From: Eledone cirrhosa
Lineage: Eukaryota
Assembly: GCA_964016885.1 (NCBI GenBank)
Contig: OZ024742.1
Span: 74,586,001 to 74,650,000 of the forward strand
Length of the DNA stretch: 64,000 bases
Reading direction: 5' to 3'
The position numbers and the translations under genes were made by a program. Position 1 is the first letter of the stretch. Each line of letters starts with the position of its first letter. This document shows positions 48,890 to 64,000 of this stretch, piece by piece. The notes beneath the pieces were generated by a model. The model had not been told where the DNA came from. It worked only from the letters and a program-made list of their open reading frames with translations, and ran no database searches.

Positions 48890-51330
48890 CATTTCTGGGA
48901 GGGTTGTATCTTCTTCCACTTATTCCTTCTAGGGAATCACATCAGAAACAACCGTTTCCAATGGAACCAGTCGGACCAGCTGAGCTCATGCCATCCATTC
49001 ATCTTACTCTGGGTCTCCTGTCGGCTTGTTTTACAAGTAAAATCTGTCTAGCAATTCTTTCTTGAGACATTCTACCATATGCCCATTGAATCGGAGCAGT
49101 GATCTCTCTCGGAAACGTAGTGGCTCTACCTGGAGAAACTCTGATTTCTGTGCTACGCACTCTATCGAGTAACGTTACTCCAAAGACTCTTCAGAGTAAA
49201 CCCATTTCGGCCGCTTGTATTCGCGATCGTATTTTTTCGGTCATTTCCTAAAAAACCATGACTATAGGTAAGGGTTTGTACCAATACTGAAATGAAGATA
49301 ATCAGTTTAGCTTTTACATCTATCTCCCTTCTGATGACTGAATGCTGGAGCTGACGCATTACTTCACCAGCTCCTGAAATTCTTGCACTTCATTAAATCT
49401 CTTGATAGATACTTGAACTTCTCCACTGACATGTAGAGGCACTGCACAGGCTGCCATGCGAGGACAAACGAGTGTCTCAGTCATCACAGTACTGATTTTC
49501 ATTCTAGCTATGCAGCACTCGACAGAAAACCTATCAAGTGCATGTCGGAGATCACCTTCTGACGACTTATATGCATTCGCCAGTCTTGATACCACTTCCA
49601 ACCCGGTTGCGCATATCAATACAGTCTATGAAAATTATGAACAGGAGCAGTGGCAGTACGCATCGTTGGCGGAGTCCAGCACCCACTTTGAATGGCTTCA
49701 ACTTAACACTCTTTATCTGGACACAAATAACAGGGCAGTCGTCTAGAGACATCAGGGCAACAAGAAGCCGTCTATCGATCCCATACTCTCTCAGAACATT
49801 TCGTAACGTGTCATAGAACACGGTCATATGCCTTTCCTAGGTTTACGAAATAAGCATATACCTCTTAGTAATACTCCCACGATTTCTCGAAGACCTGCCG
49901 TAGTGTGACTATTTGGTAGGCTAAACTGCGTCCAGGGTGAAAACCACACTGTTCATCAGCTAGCTTGAACTCGACAATATCCTTACATCACTTTGCCAGA
50001 CACTTAGCATAGACTTTATCGTGAAGGCTTAACAAGGAAATACCTCTCTTGTCTCCCTTTCGAAAATTTGAATTATCTCCCCTGATTGCCATTGCTTAGG
50101 TGCCTTATCAGAGAGTGGGGTCTATTTATTACTAAATCGGCGGATGGTCTTGGATTCCAGTTTAACGCCAAAGTCCTCCCATGTCTTAACTTTGAACGCC
50201 TTTACTATCACTGTTGCGACTTTTCGCGCATGCTTGTAGTGCAAGTGCAAGAAAGAGGATTTATTTTCAAGTCAAACTTTGTAAGCCTCCTTCTTTGTTC
50301 GGATGGCATCTTTGGACTTTTGATTGAACAAAGGGGTCCTCCTGCCACCTGGCGCCACACCAAGCCACTTTCATCAATAGCATTTAACAGCTGAAGCAGA
50401 AATTGCCGAGTTGGAGTTCTCTAAGTTTGAATGAAATAGTACCCGCATACCTTGTCCTGACCTCCTTATCCACCAATGCTTCCCACCTTGGGCGAGCTGG
50501 ACATGCCAGTTTTGTGGGTTTTTTTGCCTTTAGGTAGACTCAGATTGCAAATCAGTTGACAGCTCAGCCCATCTCTTAATCCAGCACAAAATCGAAGAGA
50601 TCAGAGACAATAACATAATCAGTTATCGATCTCTGTTCTCGATTTCCCTTCTATCATGTATATTTATGGATATCTCTGTGCTGGAAGAAGGTGTTCATAA
50701 TAGAGATCCCATTACTAAACAAGGAGTCTTATAAGACCCATCCATTCTTGTTTAGATCGGGATCGCCCTTCCTTCCAATCACACTATTTTATGTCAGGTG
50801 TTCAGTGCCAACATGTGCATTCATGTCTCTCATTAGGATACGTGACTCATTCTTAACTACATCTAACGCTGCAGTGATCTCATCAAGGAAATATGGTGGA
50901 TAAACTCGCATCATCCACCTTTCAGCCTAATCTTCAAGAGTCAAATCCACCTCCCCAATGGTATCCAGTCCACAACACATTCTGGGGCTTGTGAGTATTT
51001 CCCCTCTCGCTGTGCAGTCATTTCTGTCACCACACCTGAATAGTGGAGTTTCTATCCTCCATCGAAATCTATATTACCAGAGCTACGGAACTTTTGAGGA
51101 AACCCTAACTATATCTAGCCGGTAACATCTGACCTCCTCCATTAGTTCTGGTACCCTACTTGTAAGGGTTGTAGCGTTCCAGTTGCCAATTAGTGTTTGG
51201 TCCCTTCTGAATCTATTTTGGGTTGTCGGGATATGCAACCTTTATGCGTCTATCACACACCTTCCATGACAGGTCGCAGGATCATCGCCAGTTTTTGCAC
51301 CGTTGGCTGGAGACTGCAGTATAATTTTCG
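48890..51330 (-). mobile_element. Degenerate near-full-length RTE-clade LINE (APE + RT)
   Basis: Minus-strand remnants: GNWNATTL (endonuclease start ~51190), PFKVGAGLRQRCVLPLLLFIIFID, LTYSH..., VRSTEIR. Heavily mutated. Confidence 0.75.
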
Positions 51331-51399
51331 AACATTTCTCTATCTATTGCAGTATTTAGTGGTTTTATTTGCGTCAGTCCCCAATGTAGTACTTTTCTC

Positions 51400-51645
51400 A
51401 GACTCACGTGGCCTAGTAGTTAGGGTTTTGGACTTGCAATCACAATGTCGTGTGTCGGATACCAGGGTCGAGTTGTGTGTTGTGTTCTTGAGCAAAACAC
51501 TTCATTTCACGTTGCTTCAGTATACTAAGCAGAAAATGAGTACCAACAGTAGCTGGGTATTTAACCTTGCGATGGACTGGCGTTTTGTTCAGGGGGAGGG
51601 GGGGTCTTGTACTTTTACTCGCTAAACGCCAAGGAAACCGAGATA
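51400..51645 (+). mobile_element. tRNA-derived SINE with Deu/Nin-like central domain
   Basis: A-box TGGCCTAGTAGTTAG, then TTGTGTTCTTGAGCAAAACACTT...AAATGAGTACC...GCGATGGACTGGCG...GGAAACCG. Confidence 0.6.
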
Positions 51646-51659
51646 TTGAGACAGATGGG

Positions 51660-53394
51660 GGGGGGGGGGGTCGATGTTGCTGATGGTGCTGATGTTATTG
51701 GGGAAGTGTTTGCGTTAGTGGTGTCTGTATTTTTCGTTGTGTATGTTTTTGTGACTTGTTGGGGCTTTTTTTTTTGGTGAGTTTTCTGGGTTTTTTTCAC
51801 TTTTGGGTTTTCCTTCATCTTCGCTGCTTGAAGACAAAGGGTCTGTGGCTGTGAGTGTCTCTGTGTCTGTGTGTGCGTTTATTGTTTTGTCTATGTGTAT
51901 AATTGGGGGAGTGGGAGAGCTTTCCTCGTTTTCCCCTTGAATTGGTTGTGGTGTTGGTGGTGATCCGGCTGTTTTTGATGTTGGTGTCCTGTCTTTGTTG
52001 GTGTTGTTTTTGGTGGTGGTGGTGGTGCAGCTTTCCGTGCTGACACTGGCGTTGGCAACAAAGGAGGTTTGCGACCCCCTGCATTTTTGCGCTGAGGGCA
52101 GAAGGCTTGCAGATGCGTTGCTTCCCCGCAGACGAAACAGCGTGACCTTCTTCCGTCAGTGATTAGTTGGATTGTTGTCCCGTCCTGCAGGCGGGCAAAA
52201 TCCGGGATGTTGTTCATGTCCTCCAGTTTCATTTGGAGAAGAATCTCTAAATCCATTCCGGACCAGTCCTCTCTCTCTGTCCTTTTGATATCGAGGAGGG
52301 TAGTGTCTGTCCACTTCTCGATTACGCATCTCAGCAGCCACCATATGTTCATTCCTGGTGGGATGCTGGGAATGCGGACCTTTACTGTCCCTTTACCCAT
52401 TTAGGACGGATGCATGATAATGCGTTCCGTTCTGCAGAGGGTCACCGAGTGCTTAATAGCAGGGGCCTCGGTTTTGAACAGTACCGAGATGGTACCGAAC
52501 TGTTTGCCTCTTGCTTTATACTCTATGTTACTTCCGATGTACTCGAAAGCAGCCTCTACCTCTGCTTGGCGGGCAAGTTCAACTGTTCGTGTCTGCACCG
52601 AAATGCATCGAAAGTACACCGCCCTCCTTTGCATGGCCGCTATTGCCCCGTCCGGGATGGTCGGGTTTGCCCAGGACTTCTCCCGTTTAATTAGCCTCCA
52701 CGCCTGGGCCAATTATTCGTCTTTATCGCTAATATCAAAATCCAATAAGCGCTTTGTTTTTGCTGCTGCTGCAGCAAATGTGGTGCTTCTGATGCTCTCG
52801 TTGGTGTTATCATTCTTGCTGTTGTTATTGGTGGTGTTGTTGTTGTTTTGTTTCTTGTTGCTGTTGCCATCGCCATCCGTGTTTACATTGAAGCTGTCGG
52901 TGTTATTGTCGTTATTTCTCTGAGTTGTTGTTGTTGTGGTGGTGGCAGTGGTGGCGGTGACGACGGTGGTGGTGGTGATGTCGTTTTCAGATGATACTGC
53001 TGCTAACACAGAAGGTTTTGATGGAAGCTTTTGAGTGTTGCCTTCACATCCAGTAGAGTGGACAACAGGCATGACTGTAGCCGTCGTAGTCGTGGTGAAA
53101 TCTACAGTGGCTGCCTTTAAACTTTTGACCTGAACGTTGTTTACCGTTTCAAGGTCAAAAATTTCCATATTTTTTTTTTTGGTGGAGAAGCGATTTTTTT
53201 CGAAGGTTTTAAAAATAAATCTGATTATTCGGGCTTAAATCCCGAATATTGAGAGGTATTCCTCTCTTGAAACCAAGATGTGTACCTTATGTTTCGTTAA
53301 CGACAAGAAAATACAAAAAATGACACTTTAAAACAGCTTAAAGTTACGAACCTTTTTTCCCGCAGATTTGTACTGTCTTCACACATGTGCGTCC

Positions 53395-53397
<3 letters not shown>
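51660..53397 (-). mobile_element. Tx1-clade copy E (AAT family): 5' UTR + disrupted ORF1, 3' part missing
   Basis: ORF1 pieces RGKQFGTISVLFK...VKVRIPSIPP..LEILLQM...CFVCGEATHLQAFC, homologous to the ORF1 of copies A and C. The 5' end abuts (AAT)n. Confidence 0.8.
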
Positions 53398-53437
<40 letters not shown>

Positions 53438-53441
<4 letters not shown>

Positions 53442-54966
53442 TCTTTATTAACCACTGGGGTTTACATAAAGTAGACATTAAGGATAGTACAAGACAATAT
53501 AGGACGGTACAAATGGGCATTTCTTCGTATAAAAAACAAAAACAGAGGATGTAATAAAAATAACAATGAATAATTTCCCAATGGGGGTGGGGGGGGGGGG
53601 AGACTTCGGAGGGACATTTGTGGAGAAAGCCCATTAAAAGGCCACAGTGACCCTGACCACCAGGGCAAGTGCCCTCTCCCAGTTTTCCACCTTTAATTTA
53701 CAGACACATACTCAGAGTAGGCCCATTCACTCTGGCCATTCTTGCTTCTCTCACCCATCTTTCAACAAAATGCTGGGAAGAGAGCACTTCCCTCTCTACC
53801 CTGATTTTCCTTTTCAAATGAAATTTGAAAAAGTTAATCAAGGCATCACTGAAGAGGTAAGTGCTCGTCTTCAGCCCTTTCAAACGTCTCCACCATACTA
53901 TCTCTTTCGCCATGGCCACCAGACAGATAAAAACTGCCTGCCCTTCCCGGCTAAAGGAAGAGGGTGGAGCAATCCTCACGATGGACTCAGCTGATAGCCG
54001 GATCCGTCCTACACGCAACAGCAGGTGTTCGACATAAACCCACAAGTCAGCAATTCTCGGACACCTGACGAGTGCGTGCAGGACGGTTTCGTCGCCTGCG
54101 CGCATCTCGGACATGCCCGGCTGACGGCAATTCCATGCCTGTAGAGTTTATCCCGAACTGGCAAGTCTCCTCGGTAGCACTGCCAGGCCAGCGATTTCTG
54201 GAAGCTGTCCACAGGCCCCGGCCCGAAAGTTCTTCCGAAGAGATTGGCTAGTTGATTTTCGTCGAGGCCTAGATTTTCCCCAAGTACGTCGTTGCTCTTC
54301 CCCTCCACTAATCCTCTATAGAACACCGAGGTGGAGTTTCCACCGTTCACATTGCCCGATTGGTCGAGGGCTGTGAGCGCCTGAAGACATTCCAGTCTCC
54401 AAGCGCTCCCTCTCGGTCTTCGCTTGACCCAGGACTGCAGCTCCGTCAAGGAAACGCGCTGGAGAAAGACGCGTCTAGCAAACGGCGACCACACCTGATC
54501 ACCGTCGAGGAAGAGGTGGAGATGTCGTAGCCTGAGCGCGTGTCTGCACATCATCAGCCACGGCATTCCCAGTCCTCCACGTAGCGGGTGTTGACAACAG
54601 ATGGACCATCTGACCATCGGAGCGCGTCCCTTCCACAAAAGGCGAAAGAGCAAACGCTCCAGCGCAGTCAGGCTGGGATTAGGACAAGGTACGACGGTCA
54701 GGCGGTAGTAGATGACGGACGCGATGTACGCGTTAGCCACCTCCGCTCGACCTTTCAGGGATAGCTTCCTCTCCGCCCATTTCTGGGTGAGAGAAGCCAC
54801 CCTGCTCGTCACCTCGTCCCAGTTTTTGTCCGTCTGGAGGTCCGGACCGAACCAGACCCCTAGCAATTTAACAGGTCCGTCCGTCCAGCGCCCGACGACG
54901 CTGTTGGACGGCATGGACCTCCCTCTCCAGGTGCCGAGCTGCAGGCCCACTGACTTTTCCTGGTTG
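53438..54966 (-). mobile_element. Tx1-clade copy F (AAT family), 5'-truncated ORF2 3' part + 3' UTR
   Basis: GLQLGTWRG..KLSLKGRAEVAN..GGLGMP..CPRC..NGPTLSMCL*. 3' end GTGGTTAATAAAGAAAG(TAT)n. Confidence 0.9.
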
Positions 54967-55002
54967 ATAATAATGATCCTGGTTGATAATAATAATAATA
55001 AT

Positions 55003-55180
55003 AATGGTTTCTACTTTAGGCACAAGGCCAGCAATTACCCTGTGCATTACTGGTACTTTATTTTATCGACCTCGTAAGGATGAAAGGCAAAGTCAACCTC
55101 GGCGGGATTTGAACTCAGATCGTAAAGGGACGTAACTATGCTGGAAAGCATGGCGTCCGACACTCTACCGATACTGCCAA
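55003..55180 (-). mobile_element. Meta-like SINE with (ATT)n tail
   Basis: Near-identical to 58890-59075. Confidence 0.85.
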
Positions 55181-55289
55181 ACGTAAAGGAAAAAAAAAAC
55201 AAACAAAAAAACTAAGTCAGACATTCAAACATTACAATGAAACTTATGTTTAGCTTTTTAAGTTTTTATCTATTTATTTGTTTATTTAT

Positions 55290-58200
55290 TTATGTTCGTC
55301 TACAGCGTGATAGTGCCACGCTAAAATCACCGGGGGGTGATCAAATCACTGGAGGTGATGAAGTCACCGGTGGTTATGTAACCATACATTTACCAATCCT
55401 CGATATGACTGTTTAAATGTCGAACCTAAACAGTTCGAATAACGGTGAAGAGGAGACTGGAACGTTATGTGACAGACTTTCCCCCAGCAGGTGCTCCCTG
55501 GCCCAGCAGCAGGGACCTGGCTGTCATCCGAATACTGCTGGTGTTGGAGGAAGAAGAAGAAGGAAAGGGACCAGAACCAACTGGACGAAAGAATTGAATA
55601 GAACTGTTATGCAATGTTACCTGAAGAGTAACCCCAAGGAAAAAGGCTATAGGAAACGGATGCATAACATCTGGAACGAGATTGGTATATTTAAATTAGA
55701 TGAACAAATATTGGCCGGGCAGGCTCGGGTAATAAGAACTAATGGATGGATAAGCGAGCTGGAACTGGAGGAACTGAGCAGAGAGATTAGGTTGGAAATG
55801 GAGAGTGGAGTATGCCAGGCAAACGAGCCAGTGGGAAATGAAGGTGAAGAGGTTGAGAGAACGGAGGAAGCATCCGAAGTAGACAATGATCTGAATGCTT
55901 AAATAAATAATACCTGGAACAAAGAGACGGCCATTGAGGAAATGAATGCTGACGGGCTAGGACAAGATTTGGTTGATATCCTAAACTTAGTGGTAGATGA
56001 AATGAACATTGATATAGGGAAACCTATGAACCTAAGATTTGTAGACAGGAAAAAGTTAAAAGAAACAACAGCTAAGGTAAACAAAGTCATCCCATACCTT
56101 GAGGCGAGGGACCTTCACCAGTGCAACAATATCCTCAAAGCAACAGCAAATGCGGTGAGGAAATTACTTGGCATAAAAGCGAGAGGAAACAACAAACAAG
56201 AAATATCAGAACCTTGGTGGAAGAAACGATTGAATGGTCGAATCAGGGAAATGAGAAATGACATTGGAAAGCTTGAGTCCCTACTGAATGAAACACTACA
56301 AAACATAGACACTAAAAATAGACTGGAAATAGAGTACAAAACTAGGAGGAAAAAGCTAAATATTATCATAGAGGAACTGAAGCAAAGAGTGCAAAGATTA
56401 GGCAATATGAGAGCAGAGTCAGTCAGTATAGCCAGAACCGCATGTTTGACAACAACTAGAAGATGTTGTTTGGACAGCTTGAAGGGAAAGAAAGAGGCAA
56501 CGACATGATCCCTGAGGCGGAACAGTATAAGACATTCTGGAGAGGAATATGGGAGCAGGATGTTAAACATAATGATCAGGTAGTGTGGATTGAGACAGTA
56601 CAAAAGGAGATTAGTGAACAGGCACACCAACAAACTGATTTGAGTATCACAGTTTAAACTTTTAAGGGGCAGACCAAAAAACTAACCAACTGGAAATCAT
56701 CAGGCCCAGATGGTGTGCAGGGGTATTGGATTAAAAATATAACATCCCTCCACCCGAAACTGACAACCATGTTCAATGACTGCTTGATGTCAGGTGAGGT
56801 ACCAGAGTGGTTGACAAAAGGTACCACAGTTCTGGTAATGAAAGACCAAATCAAGGGTAATGATGTTACCAACTATAGACCTATCACATGTCCGTCCGTA
56901 ATGTGGAAACTGTTAACAAGCATTGGTCTGAGGAAATATATCATCACCTCCACATAAACAACTTGTTACCGGACGAACAGAAAGGATGCCGAAAGAAGTC
57001 AAGTGGTACAAAGGACCAGTTACTTATTGATAAGATGGTAATGAGGAATTGCAAGAGGAGACACACTGGTCTTGCCATGGGATGGATAGACTATAAAAAG
57101 GCATTCGACATGGTACCTCATTCTTGGATAACCAAAAGCTTAGAGATCTTCAAGGTGGCAGATAACATCAGACAGTTGTTGAGCAAAAGTATGAAGTCCT
57201 GGAAAACAGAGTTAACATCGGGTGGAGAATCCTTGGGAGGCGTGAAGATCAAGAGAGGTATCTTCCAGGGAGATAGTTTGTTCCCTCTGTTGTTTGTCCT
57301 TGCCCTGATACCCCTGACCATTATACTGCGAAAAGTGAGAGCAGGATTCAAGTTGGGAAAAGGAGAGCTTACCATCAATCACCTGCTCTTCATGGACGAT
57401 GTTAAGATGAGAAGGAGTTGGATGTGCTTGTTGAAACTGTCCGTATTTTCAGCAATGATATATGTATGCAATTTGGTATTAGTAAGTGTTGAGTCCTAGT
57501 GATGAAGAGGGGTAAATTGAGTAGAAGCAAAGGAATCCAGGTACCAATAAGTGAGATGATAAAGGAAATTGACACTGAAGAAGGATACAAATATTTAAGT
57601 GTTCTGGAGGCAGATGTCATCAAGAACAAAAAAATGAAGGAATTGATAAGATCTGAGTACATTCGGAGAGTAGGGAGCGTATTAAAATCACAGCTGAACA
57701 GTAGGAATTCCATAAGTGCAGTAAATTCCCGAGCTGTGTCTATTATTAGGTACAGTGCGGGAATTCTGAGATGGAATGTTGCTGAACAAAAAGAAATGGA
57801 TAGGAAGACTAGGAAGCTATTGACTATCTACATGTTCCACAAGAGGAGTGTTGTCGATAGACTCTACTTAAGGAGATCTGAAGGTGGAAGAGGTCTTATC
57901 AGCATAGAGGACTGTGTTCAGATGGAGGAAAACAACCTACACAAATACGTGACTGATAGTAGGGAGCCAATGCTCAGAATTGTACTGAAGGAGAGGACAA
58001 TAGACCAGGGGATGTCCAAGGAGGAAATAACAACAAGGAGGAAGAGCAACCTTCACAGTACATTCTTTGAGAAAACTGAATTTAGAGATCCACAGACATG
58101 GAACTGGTTGAAAAGAGGAGACCTTAAAAAGGCTACAGAAGGAATGCTAATGGCTGCGCAAGAATAGGCCCTCAAAACGAAGTGGGTAAAACACCATATT

Positions 58201-58875
58201 TACAAGGAGGAGGCTAGCCCACTGTGTAGGGTCTGTGGAGAGAGAGAGGTGACTGGGGCTCACATTGTATCCGAGTGTAAACACCTGGCCCAGACTCACT
58301 ATAAAGGCCGGAGACATGATGTGATGGGCAGGGTGATCCACTGGCACCTATGCAAAGTGAACAATTTACCACATTCTGAGAAGTGTTATGAGCATTAGCC
58401 AGAGTCGGTGATAGAAAACGATTAGGTGAAGGTGCTGTGGGATTTTAGGATACAGACTGACAAGAAACTGGAACACAATAGACCTGACCTGGTGGTTTTG
58501 GACAAGAAAAAAAAGATCGTGCCTGATTGTAGATGTAGCCTACATTCGACACGAGAGTGCAAGAGAAGGAGAGGGAGAAAATTAACCGATACCAAGACTT
58601 AAAGTGGGAGGTAAAAAGGATTTGGAACTGCCATGAAGTCAAAGTGGTCCCGATTGTCATAGGCGCACTAGGTACTATCTCAAAGAGTTTCCAAGGATGG
58701 TTAAAGAAAATTAGTGCAGCCCCGCTTTTTGGAACACTTCAAAAGGCATGCTTGCTGGGAACAGCAAGAACCCTTCGATACGTCCTGAATATCTGAGGCT
58801 GCAGGTAGTGGCTTGATATTCATTTCAACAAACTTTCCAGTTAAATAACATCAATGACTGAGACTCAAAGAACAA
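55290..58875 (+). mobile_element. R4/Dong-clade RLE non-LTR retrotransposon, near full length, decayed
   Basis: WTKELNRTVMQCY..GYRKRMHNIW; NWKSSGPDG; NYRPITC; DYKKAFD; GIFQGDSL; HLLFMDD; CRVC..HIVSEC; HNRPDLVV; VPIVIGALG; QKACLLGTARTLRYVL*. Followed by (AAT)n. Confidence 0.9.
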
Positions 58876-58889
58876 TAATAATAATAATA

Positions 58890-59075
58890 ATTGTTTCTAC
58901 TTTAGGCACAAGGCCAGCAATTATCCAGTGCATTACTGGTACTTTATTTTATCGACCCCGTAAGGATGAAAGGCAAAGTCAACCTCGGCGGGATTTGAAC
59001 TCAGATCGTAAAGGGACGTAACTATGCTGGAAAGCATGGCGTCCGACCCTCTACGATACTGCCAATCCACCGCCC
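58890..59075 (-). mobile_element. Meta-like SINE, full length, with (AAT)n on both sides
   Basis: 5' GGGCGGTGGATTGGCAGTATCG.., B-box, Meta core, tail AGAAACAATTATTATT. Confidence 0.85.
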
Positions 59076-59111
<36 letters not shown>

Positions 59112-59112
59112 T

Positions 59113-63583
<4,471 letters not shown>

Positions 63584-63601
63584 ATAATAATAATAATAAT
63601 A

Positions 63602-64000
63602 AAACCTGTTGAAAAGCATGAGAGAAGTAAGAAGCTTCATTCTATCTTGAAGGAGAGCAAAAAATATGCTACTGATCTCATACTTGATACCCAGGCTGGA
63701 CAGACTAAAGAAACTGTTGCAACTGATGCTGCTAGGCTCATAAAATCACTGGCAAAAGCAAAAGGGCAAGGACAATTAGCATCAAATTGAGAGCAGAAAC
63801 CTCTGCATGGCAAATATGTGGCCCGTAGCAAACAAGCTGATGTTGACCAAAAGCACATCCATCAGTGGCTACGTAGTTCAGGACTAAAGGCGGAGAATGA
63901 AGGCTTCATCTTAGCTACCCGAGATCAAAGCTTATTGACTCGTAATTACCAGGCCAATGTGATGAGAAACGGAATAAACCCAAAGTGCCCATTCTGCAAT
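63602..64000 (+). mobile_element. R4/Dong-type RLE LINE fragment, 5'-truncated at (AAT)n, runs off the window
   Basis: KPLHGKY...DQKHIHQWLRSSGLKAENEGFILATRDQSLLTRNYQ...PKCPFC. Confidence 0.75.

Noticed and set aside
51400-51480. tRNA gene
   Set aside because: Only a degenerate tRNA-like SINE head; no complete cloverleaf.
55003-59075. Near-identical 180-bp direct repeats flanking the R4 element as LTRs or a giant TSD
   Set aside because: They are copies of an abundant SINE present at many other positions in the window.

Overview
Eukaryotic, AT-rich, repeat-dense genomic DNA. The SINE and LINE repertoire is typical of a cephalopod (probably an octopod); this is inferred from repeat families, not proven. 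Most of the window is transposon- or microsatellite-derived. The dominant structure is three clusters (1-10.2 kb, 35.7-45.9 kb, 51.7-63.6 kb) of L1/Tx1-clade non-LTR retrotransposons. All lie on the minus strand and are stacked head-to-tail. They end in a shared motif (CCCTTGTGGCTAATAAAGAAAT-like) with no poly(A) tail and are joined directly to simple repeats: GATA/GACA-type for one family, AAT for the other. One copy (1-4152) looks intact. In three diverged copies the ORF1 stop codon sits inside a perfect AG|GTAAGT splice donor, followed by a pyrimidine tract whose first AG would fuse ORF1 in frame to ORF2. Also present: a decayed CsRN1-type Gypsy LTR element; Penelope-like elements with two minimal hammerhead ribozymes; R4/Dong-type RLE LINEs next to (AAT)n and (CATA)n repeats; RTE and CR1 fragments; MetaSINE-like SINEs; and Tc1/mariner MITEs. 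The only host gene is a single-exon, secreted, 631-aa ADAMTS/reprolysin-like protein with a destroyed zinc/catalytic motif and C-terminal ShK-like Cys modules. Boundaries were read by eye and may be off by a few to tens of bases.
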